Source: an uncultured Candidatus Rokubacteria bacterium (GTDB lineage: Bacteria; Methylomirabilota; Methylomirabilia; Rokubacteriales; CSP1-6). Taken from it: a DNA stretch of 64,000 nucleotides. Below, piece after piece: positions 22,334-34,775 of this stretch (the first letter of the stretch is position 1; the number at the start of each line of letters is the position of its first letter). A program made the translations under genes and the position numbers. Location of the stretch: NCBI GenBank assembly GCA_963762145.1, contig CAVXJS010000021.1, positions 768,001 to 832,000 on the forward strand, read 5' to 3'. Under the pieces are notes generated by a model. It was given only the letters and a program-made list of their open reading frames with translations, was not told the DNA's origin and made no database searches.

Positions 22334-23566
22334 TTACAAAGCGGCCTTGTTGGCGCGGAGGGTCTTGATCTCGTCGGCGGAGTAGCCGAGCGAGGCGAGG
22401 ACGGTGTCGGTGTGCTCGCCGCGCAGCGGAGCGGCGGTGCGGACCCCGGGGGACATGCGCGAGAAGTGGAGCGGGGTGCCGACGACCGGGATCTCGCCGA
22501 GCTTGGGATGCATCACGCGCTGCACGATCCCGCGCTCGGCGGTCTGCGGGTCGTTCATCACCTGGTCCACCGTGTTCACCGGCGTGGCGGGGACGTCGGC
22601 CTGGGAGGGGCCGGGTCGAGGCGCCGATGGTTCCGCCTCGAGCCGCTTGAGCAGGGGCTCGCGGTCGAGGGCGCCGATGGTCTTCTCGAGAATGCCCTCG
22701 AGCTCCGCCCGGTTGGCCACGCGCCCCTGGTTCTTCTCGAAGCGCGGGTCGGCGGCCATCTCGGTCAGGCCCAGGGCCTTCGCGAGCTTCTGCCAGAACC
22801 GGTCGTTGGCGGCGGCGATGAAGATCCACTGCCCGTCGCCGCACTTGAAGTTGCGGTAGGGCGAGAGCGAGGGGTGCCCCGAGCCGAGCGCGCGCGGCAG
22901 CGCGCCGGTGAGCAGGTAGCCCTCGGCGTGGAAGGCAAGCAGGCTCACCGCGGTCTCGAGGAGCGAGCCGTCCACCCGCTGGCCGAGGCCGGTCTTCGCG
23001 CGCTGGATGATCGCGTTGGACACGCCGAGCGCGCACAGGATACCGGTGGTGAGGTCGAGGAACGACACCCCCGCCCGCACCGGCTGGCCGCCCGGCTCCC
23101 CGGTGATGGACATGATGCCGCTGAAGGCCTGCATGAGCGCCTCGTAGCCGGGGCTGTCCTTGCGCGGCCCGGTGCGCCCGAACGCGGAGACCGAGCAGTA
23201 GATCAGCCGCGGATTGATCTGGGCCAGCACGTCGTAGCCCAGACCGAACGACTCCATGGTCCCGGTGCGGAAGTTCTCGATGACCACGTCCGCGTCCTTG
23301 ACGAGCCGCTTGACCACCTCCACCGCCTCCGGCCGCTTGAGATCCAGCGCGATCCCGCGCTTGTTGCGGTTGAAGAGCAGGTACGCGGCGGCCTCGCCGT
23401 CCTTGTGGGGCGGCCACGTGCGCGACTCGTCGCCGGGCCCGGTGTCCTCCACCTTGATGACGTCGGCACCGAGGTCGGCGAGCAGCGCGCCGCACCAGGG
23501 CCCCGCGATGACGCGGGAGAGATCGATCACACGGATGCCGTCGAGCGAGAGGGCGGGGTTGGTCAT
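22334..23566 (-). CDS. Family III CoA-transferase (CaiB/BaiF)
   Basis: LDGIRVIDLSRVIAGP, LGADVIKVE, NRNKRGIALDLK, DVVIENFR, APLRGEHT. Confidence 0.95.
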   Translation of the reverse strand: MTNPALSLDGIRVIDLSRVIAGPWCGALLADLGADVIKVEDTGPGDESRTWPPHKDGEAAAYLLFNRNKRGIALDLKRPEAVEVVKRLVKDADVVIENFRTGTMESFGLGYDVLAQINPRLIYCSVSAFGRTGPRKDSPGYEALMQAFSGIMSITGEPGGQPVRAGVSFLDLTTGILCALGVSNAIIQRAKTGLGQRVDGSLLETAVSLLAFHAEGYLLTGALPRALGSGHPSLSPYRNFKCGDGQWIFIAAANDRFWQKLAKALGLTEMAADPRFEKNQGRVANRAELEGILEKTIGALDREPLLKRLEAEPSAPRPGPSQADVPATPVNTVDQVMNDPQTAERGIVQRVMHPKLGEIPVVGTPLHFSRMSPGVRTAAPLRGEHTDTVLASLGYSADEIKTLRANKAAL

Positions 23567-23632
23567 GGCGCGTACTATACCGCCGTTGGCGGTGTATATT
23601 CACCCCCCGAGCACCCCTCGGAAGGAGACGCC

Positions 23633-24307
23633 ATGGAGCTCTACGACGTGATGCGCACCACCTTCTCGTGCCGCGACTTCACCGCCGATCCCCTCCCCGA
23701 CGCGACGCTCTACCAGATCCTCGACCGCGCGCGCTTCGCCCCCAGCGGCGGCAACCGCCAGGGCTGGCGCGTCATCGTGGTCCGCGACCAGAAGACGCGC
23801 GAGGGGCTCGGCGCCGCCACCGTGCCCGCGGCCAAGCGCTACGCCGCGCAGGTCGCGGTGGGCGAGAGCCCGTGGAACACGATCGTGCCCACGAAGGTGG
23901 ACGCGGCCACCGTCGAGCGCACGCCCGCGCCGCCCCGGCTGATCGAGCCGGTGTTCAAGGCGCCGGTGGTGCTGGTGATCTGCGTGGACCTGAAGGTGGT
24001 GGCCTCGATGGACTCGGAGCTCGAGCGCGTCGGCGTGATCAGCGGGGCCTCCATCTATCCGTTCGCGTGGAACATCCTGCTCGCCGCGCGCCACGAGGGC
24101 TTCGCGGGGACCATCACCACGCTGGCCGCGGCCCAGGAGCCGGCGCTGCAGACGCTGCTCGGCCTGCCCTCCCACGTGGCGGTGGCGGCGGTGATGCCGC
24201 TCGGCCGGCCGGTGAAGAACGTCACCAAGCTGACCCGCAAGCCGGTCGCGGAGTTCGCGATGCTCGAGCGCTGGGGCGGCGCGCCGCTCGGCCCCGGCCG
24301 GGGCTAG
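23633..24307 (+). CDS. Nitroreductase family protein
   Basis: MRTTFSCRDF, APSGGNRQGW, NILLAARHEG; SD GAAGGAG. Confidence 0.9.
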   Translation: MELYDVMRTTFSCRDFTADPLPDATLYQILDRARFAPSGGNRQGWRVIVVRDQKTREGLGAATVPAAKRYAAQVAVGESPWNTIVPTKVDAATVERTPAPPRLIEPVFKAPVVLVICVDLKVVASMDSELERVGVISGASIYPFAWNILLAARHEGFAGTITTLAAAQEPALQTLLGLPSHVAVAAVMPLGRPVKNVTKLTRKPVAEFAMLERWGGAPLGPGRG

Positions 24308-25959
24308 GCCCCGTCCCGGCGCAGTAGCTCGAGGATGCGCTCCCCGGTGATCTCGCCGGGGATCAGCACGTGATCGGCGCCCGCGCGCAGCAGGTCCTCC
24401 ATGTCGGTCCGCTCCTCGCCGGTCATCACGATGATCGCGCGCGGCGCGAGACGGCGCAGATTGCCCACCAGCCGGCGCGTGCTGATGCCCTTGAGAAAGG
24501 TGTCGGAGATCGTGGTCACCACGATGCGGGCCTCCTCGATCCCGAGGTGCTCGAGGGCGTCGGGATTGGCGAGATCGCCGTACTCCCAGAGGAATCCGCG
24601 GGCCCGGACCCCGTGGGCCCGATTGGCGTCGTAGTCCACCAGGGTGATGCGCTCCTTGAGCTCGGGCGCCTGCGCCTCCACCAGATCGAGCACCGCCTGG
24701 GCGATCCGGAAGTGGCCGAGCAGCACGATGCTGCGCTCCGGGCGCGGGCCCGTGGCGGGCGCGGCGGCCCCGCCCGCGGCGGGACCGCGCGCGAAGGGCC
24801 GCAGGAGCCAGCGGGCGATGCGGTCGTTGCCGATGATGAGGTAGGGCGACAGCAGCGAGGTGAGGATCATCGCGGTGAGCACCACCGCGCTCACGTGCGC
24901 CGAGACTTGACCATAGCCCGCCCCGAGGGTCAGGATCACGAGCGAGAACTCGCTGATCTGGGCGAGGTTCAGCGCGGTGACCAGACCCGCGTAGAGGCCG
25001 TTGCCCATGACGTACGCGGGGGGCAGCACCGAGAGCACGCGGCTCACCAGCACGAAGGCCACGATGAGCAGCGCATGGCCCAGGACGTCTCCGCTCGGCA
25101 CCGGCACCTTCATGCCGAGGGCCACGAAGAACAGCGTGACGAAGAAGTCGCGCACGCCGGTGACCTTGGAGATGACGTCGGCGCCGTACGGGAACGCGGA
25201 GATGCTCACCCCCGCGATCAGGGCGCCCATCGCGCGCGACAGCCCGAGCTCGTCCGCGACGCCCGCGATGCCGAAGCACCACGCCACCGAGGAGATCAGC
25301 ACCAGCTCCGGCCGGCGCGCGGACGCTTCGAGCAGCGGGGCCAGGAGGTAGCGGCTGGCCAGGAACGTGACGCCGACCAGCACCGCGCCCCCCGCGATGG
25401 ACTGCGCGATCCGGAGCACCCCCGGCTCGGCCAGGTTCGGCTGCACCGCCATGAACAGGATGGCCCAGATGTCCTGGACCACGAGGACGCCCAGGGTGAG
25501 CCGGCCCGAGAGGATCTTGAGCTCGAACTTCTCGCGCAGGAGCTTGACCACGATCAGGGTCGAGCTCAGCGAGATCACGATCGCGAGGTAGACGAGATCG
25601 AAGTGGCCGTCGGCCACCCGGTAGCCGAGCCAGGAGAAGAAGGCGAGGCCCAGCAGGCCGTTGATCGCGAACTGGCCCACCCCCAGGACCAGCATGGGGC
25701 GGCCCAGACGCTCGAGCTCGCGCAGGTCGATCTCGAGCCCGATGATGAAAAGGAGGAGGATCAGGCCGATCTCCGAGATCAGCTCGGTGCTCTCCGCGCT
25801 GGTGACGAGGCCGAAGCCCATCTGCGGGCTCAGCAGGATCCCCCCCGCGATGTAGCCCAGGAGCAGCGGCTGCTGCAGCAGCCGGGCCACGTGCCCCAGG
25901 ATCGCGGCGAACATGATCCCGAGGGCGATGTCGCGGAGCAGGGTCACGTCGTGCGGCAC
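24304..25959 (-). CDS. CPA2 cation:proton antiporter with C-terminal TrkA-N/RCK domain
   Basis: QPLLLGYIAGG, LLFIIGLE, SLSSTLIVVKLL, QD, RDFFVTLFFV, AQISEFSLV; YGDLANPDALEHLGI. Confidence 0.92.
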   Translation of the reverse strand: MPHDVTLLRDIALGIMFAAILGHVARLLQQPLLLGYIAGGILLSPQMGFGLVTSAESTELISEIGLILLLFIIGLEIDLRELERLGRPMLVLGVGQFAINGLLGLAFFSWLGYRVADGHFDLVYLAIVISLSSTLIVVKLLREKFELKILSGRLTLGVLVVQDIWAILFMAVQPNLAEPGVLRIAQSIAGGAVLVGVTFLASRYLLAPLLEASARRPELVLISSVAWCFGIAGVADELGLSRAMGALIAGVSISAFPYGADVISKVTGVRDFFVTLFFVALGMKVPVPSGDVLGHALLIVAFVLVSRVLSVLPPAYVMGNGLYAGLVTALNLAQISEFSLVILTLGAGYGQVSAHVSAVVLTAMILTSLLSPYLIIGNDRIARWLLRPFARGPAAGGAAAPATGPRPERSIVLLGHFRIAQAVLDLVEAQAPELKERITLVDYDANRAHGVRARGFLWEYGDLANPDALEHLGIEEARIVVTTISDTFLKGISTRRLVGNLRRLAPRAIIVMTGEERTDMEDLLRAGADHVLIPGEITGERILELLRRDGA

Positions 25960-26038
25960 GGGTCGCGGGCACCTCGGTCTTGAGATAGAATCGGTCGCCG
26001 TATCCTAACCAACTTTGGCAGGTTCCGAGGAGGAACTC

Positions 26039-27022
26039 GTGGAGCGACGCACACTCGGCAAGAGCTCGCTGGCGGTGTCCGCGGTCGGTCTCGGCTGCAT
26101 GTCCATGTCCAACGTGTACGGCAAGGGCGACGAGACGGAGTCCATCGCGGTCGTCCATCGCGCGCTCGACCTCGGCGTGAACTTCCTCGACTCCTCCGAC
26201 ATGTACGGCTGGGGCCAGAACGAGGAGCTGCTGGGCCGGGCCCTGCGCGGCCACCGCGACCAGGTGGTGCTCGCCACCAAGTTCGGCAACCTCCGCAAGC
26301 CGGACGGGACCGCGGGCGTCAACGGTCGCCCCGAGTACGTGCCCCAGGCCTGCGACGCGAGCCTGAAGCGCCTGGGGGTGAGCACCATCGACCTCTACCT
26401 CCAGCACCGGGTGGACCCGAGCGTGCCGATCGAGGACACGGTGGGCGCGATGTCGCGCCTGGTGGAGGCGGGCAAGGTGCGCTTCATCGGGCTGTCGGAG
26501 GCCTCCCCGGCCACCGTGCGCCGCGCGCACAAGATCTACCCGATCACCGCGCTGCAGTCCGAGTTCTCCCTGCTCTACCGCGTGGAGGCGGAGGAGACGC
26601 TGCCGACCCTGCGCGAGCTGGGCGTCTCCTTCATGGCCTACTCCCCGCTCGGTCGCAGCCTGCTGACCGGGCGCACCCGCTCCGCGGCGGAGATCCCCTC
26701 CGACGACCGGCGGCGCGACCACCCGCGCTTCCAGGAGGAGAACCTCAAGAAGAACCTCGATCTGCTGAAGCCGCTCGACGAGATGGCCCGGAAGAAGGGC
26801 TGCTCGCCCGGGCAGCTCGCGCTGGCCTGGCTGCTCGCGCGGGGCCGCGACATCGTGCCGATCCCGGGCACCAAGCGAAAGGACCGGCTGGAGGAGAACG
26901 TGGGCGCCGCGGACGTGCGCCTCACGCCCGAGGAGGTCGCCGCGCTCCAGGACGCCGTTCCAGCCGGCGCGGCCGCGGGCGAGCGCTATCCGGGGCCCGC
27001 GATGAAGTCGGTCTACATCTAG
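26039..27022 (+). CDS. Aldo/keto reductase
   Basis: [43 protein letters not shown]; SD GAGGAGG before GTG. Confidence 0.95.
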   Translation: MERRTLGKSSLAVSAVGLGCMSMSNVYGKGDETESIAVVHRALDLGVNFLDSSDMYGWGQNEELLGRALRGHRDQVVLATKFGNLRKPDGTAGVNGRPEYVPQACDASLKRLGVSTIDLYLQHRVDPSVPIEDTVGAMSRLVEAGKVRFIGLSEASPATVRRAHKIYPITALQSEFSLLYRVEAEETLPTLRELGVSFMAYSPLGRSLLTGRTRSAAEIPSDDRRRDHPRFQEENLKKNLDLLKPLDEMARKKGCSPGQLALAWLLARGRDIVPIPGTKRKDRLEENVGAADVRLTPEEVAALQDAVPAGAAAGERYPGPAMKSVYI

Positions 27023-27035
27023 GCCCCCGGCACCC

Positions 27036-27878
27036 GTGGGGGACTGGCTCGAGACGTACCGCGGCACCGTCTTCCGCTGGGAGGTGGACCCGAACGACCA
27101 CCTCACCGTGGCGTACTACTTCGCCCGCATCGCCGACGCGGGGGCGGGGCTGCTGGCCGCGGTCGGCCTGAGCGCCGCGGTCGTCCACACCGCCGACTCC
27201 TACGTACGCTACCAGCGCGAGCTGCGGGTGGGCGACATCATGCACATGGAGAGCGGCGTGATCGCGGTGGACCTCGACGCGCTGGTGCTGGGCCACAAGC
27301 TCTTCGACTCCGGCGCGGGCGTCCTCTGCACCACGGTGGAGCAGCGCGTGCGCCTCGCCGGGCCCCTGCCCGCGGAGACGCGGCGGGCCCTGGAGGCGCA
27401 CCGGGTGGGCTGGGACGGGCCCGCCCGCGAGCGGCGGCCGCGGCCGCCGGGCCTCGCGGGCTTCCGGGACAGCGCGCGCGACGTCGTCAAGCCGCTGGAG
27501 GTGGACATCTCGGGCGGCGCCGCACTCTCGCACTACATCCACCGGTTCTCGGCGGCCAACGGCCACGCCATCGCCGCGTTCGGCATGACCCCGGCCTACA
27601 TGCGCGCGGAGCACCGCGGCTTCTCCACCTTCGAGTTCCAGCTCGAGCTCGGGACCCCTCTCCGGCCGGGGGACGGCGTGCGGGTGCGCTCCGGCGTGAT
27701 GCACGTGGGCAACTCGTCGCTGCGTCTCCTGCACGTGATGACGCGGGAGCCGGGCGACGAGGTCGTGGCCACGCTCGAGCAGTCCGGCGTCCACTTCGAT
27801 CAGGACGCGCGCCGGCCCGCCCCGCTGCCCGACGGCCTGCGCGAGCGCGCGCGGGCGCTCCTCGTCAAGGACGCCTGA
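27036..27878 (+). CDS. Double hot-dog thioesterase family protein
   Basis: WEVDPNDHLTVAYY and a second repeat (VKPLEVD..YIHRFS..ELGTPLRPGD). Confidence 0.75.
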   Translation: MGDWLETYRGTVFRWEVDPNDHLTVAYYFARIADAGAGLLAAVGLSAAVVHTADSYVRYQRELRVGDIMHMESGVIAVDLDALVLGHKLFDSGAGVLCTTVEQRVRLAGPLPAETRRALEAHRVGWDGPARERRPRPPGLAGFRDSARDVVKPLEVDISGGAALSHYIHRFSAANGHAIAAFGMTPAYMRAEHRGFSTFEFQLELGTPLRPGDGVRVRSGVMHVGNSSLRLLHVMTREPGDEVVATLEQSGVHFDQDARRPAPLPDGLRERARALLVKDA

Positions 27879-28741
27879 TGCCGTTGAAGCTGGGGCTCTT
27901 CTCGATGACCACCGGCCCCTGCACCTATCCGGACGGGGCGGCCCGCGTGGCGCGCGCGGCGGAGTCGGCCGGTTTCGACTCGCTGTGGGGCGGCGAGCAC
28001 GTGGTGCTGCCGGACCCGCGCGTGCCCCCGTCGCCGCTCGAGCCCGAGGACCGCATCATGGACCCGGTGGTGACGCTCGCCTTCCTGGCCGCGCACACCA
28101 CGCGCATCCGGCTCGGCACCGGCATCATCATCCTGCCGCAGCGCAACCCGCTGGTGCTGGCCAAGCAGCTCGCCTCGCTCGACGTGCTCTCCGGCGGCCG
28201 CCTGATCTTCGGCGTGGGGGTGGGCTACCTCGAGCCCGAGTTCCGCGCGCTCGGCATTCCGTTCGAGCACCGCGGCCCGGTCACCGACGAATACCTGGCC
28301 GCACTGCGGGTGATCTGGAGCGAGGCGCGGCCCGCGTATCGCGGCCGCTTCGTGAGCTTCGAAGGAGTGCAGGCGCATCCCCACCCGGTGCAGCAACCCG
28401 GGCCGCCGCTCGTGGTGGGCGGGCACACCGAGGCCGCCTTCCGGCGGGCGGTCGAGCAGGGGCACGGCTGGTACGGCTTCGCCCTCGACGAAGGCGGCGT
28501 GCAGCGGTGCCTGGACGGTCTCGGTCAGGCGGCCGCGCGGCACGCGCGACCCGCCGCGCTGGGCCCGCTCGAGATCAGCGTCACCCCGCGCCCGACCCGG
28601 GGCGGCGAGGCGATGGACCGCGCGACCGCGGACCGCTTCGCCGCGCTCGGGGTCCACCGCCTGATCCTGATGCCGCCGCGGTCACTCGACGCGGCCGGTC
28701 TCGAGCGGTTCGTGGAGAAGGCCGCCCGCGAGCTCCGCTAG
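27878..28741 (+). CDS. LLM-class (F420-dependent-like) oxidoreductase
   Basis: GFDSLWGGEHVV, DPVVTLAFLAAHTTRIRLGTG, LAKQLASLDVLSGGRL. Confidence 0.9.
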   Translation: MPLKLGLFSMTTGPCTYPDGAARVARAAESAGFDSLWGGEHVVLPDPRVPPSPLEPEDRIMDPVVTLAFLAAHTTRIRLGTGIIILPQRNPLVLAKQLASLDVLSGGRLIFGVGVGYLEPEFRALGIPFEHRGPVTDEYLAALRVIWSEARPAYRGRFVSFEGVQAHPHPVQQPGPPLVVGGHTEAAFRRAVEQGHGWYGFALDEGGVQRCLDGLGQAAARHARPAALGPLEISVTPRPTRGGEAMDRATADRFAALGVHRLILMPPRSLDAAGLERFVEKAARELR

Positions 28742-28760
28742 GACGCCGCCTCCCGTAGCC

Positions 28761-28819
28761 TCGGCGGCGACCTCGCATATGGTCCTATCCCTCTGAATCC
28801 CCCCCCCTCCCCCCCCCCC
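28761..28819. repeat. Degenerate copy of the TCGGAGGGGG..CCCCCTCCGAACCTCCCCC element ending in C9-T-C11
   Basis: tcggcggcgacc..ggtcctatccctctgaatcccc resembles the copies at 36771 and 59932; homopolymer C runs at 28799-28807 and 28809-28819. Confidence 0.45.
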
Positions 28820-28824
28820 TGAGC

Positions 28825-29173
28825 TCAGTTCGCCCGCTCCGGGCGACCCCACTCGATCGCGAAGCCCACCCCCGGCCAGCCCGGATTGTCGTGATCACCA
28901 CCGACGCGGGAGCCCACCGGCGGATTCGCCGCACTCAAGCCCGCCACGCCCGCGCGACCCCGACTTGGTGTCCTTCGACAGTGGCGCGATGAAGTTCGGA
29001 CGACCCGGCAGCGCCGGGCGGTGCGGCTGAAGATCTCGTTCGGGAACCGCCGGCGCGATGCGCTCGCGCTGAGCCGGTGTCGTCTTCAGGTCCATCGACT
29101 GCGCGGCGACGGTGAGCGGCAGCAGCGTCAACGGCGCGGCAACGAGCAGAGCCACGATGGTTCGGATAAGCAT
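28825..29173 (-). CDS. Small secreted hypothetical protein (one frameshift near 28960)
   Basis: Signal peptide MLIRTIVALLVAAPLTLLPLTVAA-Q; SD GAAGGAGG; removing one G from the GGGG run extends the frame to ..NPGWPGVGFAIEWGRPERAN*. Confidence 0.6.
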
Positions 29174-29213
29174 GGTCGTCGTCCTCCTTCGCTACTTGAC
29201 GACACTCCCTAGG

Positions 29214-29230
29214 ACGCACGGTCCATGCCG
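29214..29230 (-). promoter_or_regulatory. Weak candidate sigma54 promoter
   Basis: Minus strand CGGCATGGACCGTGCGT (GG-N10-GC) about 40 nt before the ATG at 29173. Confidence 0.35.
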
Positions 29231-29392
29231 AATGTCCCGTCAATTGCCAATGGCGACAACGGTTTAGCCACGGCGGCAGCGGGGAGGCAGCCGGGACCGG
29301 AAGGATCGACCAGGTAGAAACTCCCCTTCCCGGGACCAGGCAACGCGCTTATCATGTCGGCACTTCACCGCTCACCTTCGAAGGAGAAGGCC

Positions 29393-31487
<2,095 letters not shown>

Positions 31488-31492
31488 GCGCC

Positions 31493-32294
31493 ATGCGCGC
31501 GCTGGTGACGGGAGCGGCGAGCGGGATCGGGCGGGCCACCTGCCTGCGGCTGGCGCGGGACGCGCAGGCGGCGCGGGCGGCAAGGCGCAGATCGCGGCGG
31601 TGGACCTCGCGGCCCTCGCCCGCGCTCGACGCGCTCGGCGAAGGAGCTCGGCGAGCTGGGCGCGGCGGCGATGCTGCCGCTCCGCGGCGACATGGCGCAC
31701 CGCGGACGCGCCCGGCGCGCGTCGTGGAGGAGGCGGTCGCGCGCTTCGGCGGGCTCGACGGGGTGGTGAGCAACGCGGGCGTCAACCGGCCCGGGCCGCT
31801 CGTCGACTACGCGGTCGAGGACTGGGACCGGCTGTTCGCGGTCAACACGCGCGCCACGTGGCTCCTCGCCAAGGCGGCCCACGGCGCTCGAGGCCTCGCG
31901 CGGCGCCATCGTGGCGGTGGGGTCCATGTCGGGCAGCAACGCCCACGCCAACCTCGGCGCCTACGGGCCGAGCAAGGCCGCGGTGATCATGCTCGTCGCG
32001 GTGCTCGCGCAGGAGTTCGGGCGCGACGGCATCCGCGTCAACGCCGTCTCGCCCGGCATGGTCCGCACCGGCATGACCGCGCAGGTGTACGAGAACGCGA
32101 CGATCGCGGCCGAGCGCGACGCGCTGGTGCCGCTCGGGCGCGTGGCCACGCCGGAGGACATGGCGGACGTCATCGCGTTCCTGCTCGGCCCCGACGCGCG
32201 CTACGTCAACGGCCACGACCTCGTCGTGGACGGCGGCGTCACCGGCAACTTCCTGGGCCGCCTGCCGGGGATCTCGAAGATCACGAAAAGTTAG
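31493..32294 (+). CDS. SDR family oxidoreductase (frameshifts)
   Basis: [21 protein letters not shown] (YxxxK), [14 protein letters not shown]. Confidence 0.88.
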
Positions 32295-32403
32295 CACTGT
32301 CAGCGGGGTGACTGGGGTCGCCTGACAGTGGCCCCGGAGCCGCCGTGACACCCCTGCCACGCTCGTCAAGTAGCCGGAAACAATCTTCTGGGCCCCTCCC
32401 GCT

Positions 32404-32419
32404 TGGCACCCCCCTCGCA
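32404..32419 (+). promoter_or_regulatory. Candidate sigma54 promoter for the lytic transglycosylase
   Basis: TGGCACCCCCCTCGCA (GG-N10-GC); 9-bp inverted arms CACTGTCAG/CTGACAGTG at 32295-32330 upstream. Confidence 0.55.
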
Positions 32420-32439
32420 TACCTCCTGGCCATCCGGAG

Positions 32440-33383
32440 GTGTGCGAATGGGTCACCATGCTGACTAAGACCTGGAGCCGATACTTCGACGCCGATCGCC
32501 GCCAGCTTCCCCTCTTTCCGGAGTGGGAGCGCATGCGGTGGCTCGCGCCGCTGCCGTCATTGGGTGCCGCGCTCGCGCTCGCCGTGCTGGTCGCGGTGGG
32601 AACACCGTGGACGTCGTCGGACGTATTCGAGCGCACCGTCTCGTTGACCGAGCCGGCCGTCGAGCGCCGACGAGCCGGCGACGCCCCAGTACGATCTCGC
32701 GGCCATCCCCGACCACATCAAGGCGGCCGCGCAGCGTCACCGCCTGTCCGAAGCGCTCATCACCGCGGTGATCTCGGTGGAGTCCAACTTCGATCACGCC
32801 GCGGTCTCCCAGAAGGGCGCCAAGGGCCTCATGCAGCTCATGCCCGCGCACCGCTTCCATCATGGGCGTCCGCGATCCCCACGATCCCGACGAGAACATC
32901 GACGCGGGGGCCAGCCACCTGCGCGCCATGCTCGACACCTTCAAGGGGGACCTGCCGCTCGCGCTGGCCGCCTACAACGCGGGCGAGAAGCACGTGGTCC
33001 GCCATCGCGGCATCCCACCCTTCCCGGAGACGCGGCAGTTCGTGGCGCGCGTGCTGCGCCGGATGGGCGACAAGCAAGGCGCGGAGACGGTGCTGGCCAA
33101 GCCGGTCCCGGCCCCCGCAGTGGATCGCGCGCAGCCCGCGCTCGCAGTCGAAGGCTCACATGGTGAGCGCCCCGCCCAGGTACCCGACCCCCACGCGACC
33201 GACCATGCTCCAGGTCGCCAGCCCCCGGGCAGGGGAGCGGGCGGCCGCTCAGCTCGTGCTGCACGAGCTGGAGCAGCGGCCCAGCTCGCGCACCTGGTCG
33301 CCGATGCCGGCGACCACTGCGCGGTGGATGCCCGCCGCCGATGCCCGACCCCACCGTCCAGATCGGCGCCCGTGCCCCCGTAG
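32440..33383 (+). CDS. Membrane-anchored lytic transglycosylase (SLT domain; frameshifts, ends approximate)
   Basis: AVISVESNF, SQKGAKGLMQLMP, ENIDAGASHL, LALAAYNAG, ETRQFV; N-terminal TM segment. Confidence 0.82.
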
Positions 33384-33469
33384 CCCTCCCCGCGTTCTTC
33401 CCACCTGCTCGCTTCCTGCGCTACGATGGCGGCGCCCGACGCCGCCACGTCGGCGCGAAAGGAGCGAGC

Positions 33470-34768
33470 ATGCGATTCGGCATCTTCTACGAGCACCAGC
33501 TCCCGCGCCCCTGGGACGGAGGGCAGCGAGCAGCAGCTGTTCCAGGACGCGCTCGCGCAGGTCGAGCTGGCCGACCGGCTCGGCATCGACTACGCCTGGG
33601 AGGTCGAGCACCACTTCCTCGAGGAGTACTCGCACTCCTCGGCGCCCGAGGTGTTCCTCGCCGCCGCGTCCCAGCGCACGAAGCGCATCCGCCTCGGCCA
33701 CGGCATCGTGCTGATGCCGCCGGGCTACAACCACCCCGCGCGCGTGGCCGAGCGCATCGCCACGCTCGACCTCGTCTCCAACGGCCGCGTGGAGTGGGGC
33801 ACGGGCGAGTCGGCCTCGCGCGCCGAGCTGGAGGGCTTCGGCATCGACCCCGCCGAGCGCCGCGCGATGTGGCGGGAGACCGTCGAGCAGGTCGCGAACA
33901 TGCTGGCGATGGACCCCTACCCGGGCTTCCAGGGCAAGTACTTCTCGATGCCGGTGCGCAACGTGGTCCCGAAGCCCGTGCAGAAGCCGCACCCGCCGCT
34001 CTGGGTGGCGTGCTCGAACCGCGAGACCATCCACCTCGCCGCCCAGCTCGGCATGGGCGCGCTCACCTTCGCCTTCATCGACCCGGCCGAGGCGAAGCAC
34101 TGGGTGGACGACTACTACGAGACCTTCAAGCGCGAGTGCGTGCCGATCGGCCACGCCGTGAACCCCAACATCGCCATGGTCACGGGCTTTTCGTGCCACG
34201 CCGGACGGCGAGGAGGCGCGCGCGGCGCGGCACCGACGGCTTCCGCTTCTTCCAGTTCGCGCTCGGCCACCACTACGTCTTCGGCACGCACACGCCGGGC
34301 CGCACCGACATCTGGAACAAGTACGTGGCGGTCGCGCGACGCAGCTCGGCCTGGAGATCCTCGGCGGCGGCACCGGCTGCATCGGCACGCCCGACGAGCT
34401 GCGCGCGACGCTCCGCGCGCTTCCAGGACTGCGGGCGTCGACCAGACGGTCTTCATCCAGCAGGGCGGCAAGAACCGGCACGAGCACATCTGCGAGTCGC
34501 TGGAGCTGTTCGCGGCCGCGGTGATGCCGGAGTTCAAGGAGCGCGAGGCCGAGCGCGGACGCGCGCAAGGCGGAGGAGCTGGCCCCGTACGTCGAGGCCG
34601 CCTTCGAGCGCAAGCGGGCGACTGCGGGCGCTGGCCGACGACGAGATCCCGACCTACCAGGCCTACGGCCTCACCGTGCGCCGAGGTGGATCTCGACGAA
34701 GATGCCGGAGGCGAACCGGCGGCGTCCTGACCTTCAGGCGGATGCGGGAGATCATGGAGGGCCGCTAG
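33470..34768 (+). CDS. LLM-class flavin-dependent oxidoreductase (frameshifts); paralog of 13766-14997
   Basis: MRFGIFYEHQLPRPW, WEVEHHFLEEYSHSSAPE, PKPVQKPHPPLWVACSN; SD AAAGGAG. Confidence 0.9.
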   Translation: MRFGIFYEHQLPRPWDGGQRAAAVPGRARAGRAGRPARHRLRLGGRAPLPRGVLALLGARGVPRRRVPAHEAHPPRPRHRADAAGLQPPRARGRAHRHARPRLQRPRGVGHGRVGLARRAGGLRHRPRRAPRDVAGDRRAGREHAGDGPLPGLPGQVLLDAGAQRGPEARAEAAPAALGGVLEPRDHPPRRPARHGRAHLRLHRPGRGEALGGRLLRDLQARVRADRPRREPQHRHGHGLFVPRRTARRRARRGTDGFRFFQFALGHHYVFGTHTPGRTDIWNKYVAVARRSSAWRSSAAAPAASARPTSCARRSARFQDCGRRPDGLHPAGRQEPARAHLRVAGAVRGRGDAGVQGARGRARTRARRRSWPRTSRPPSSASGRLRALADDEIPTYQAYGLTVRRGGSRRRCRRRTGGVLTFRRMREIMEGR

Positions 34769-34775
34769 GGCCGGC

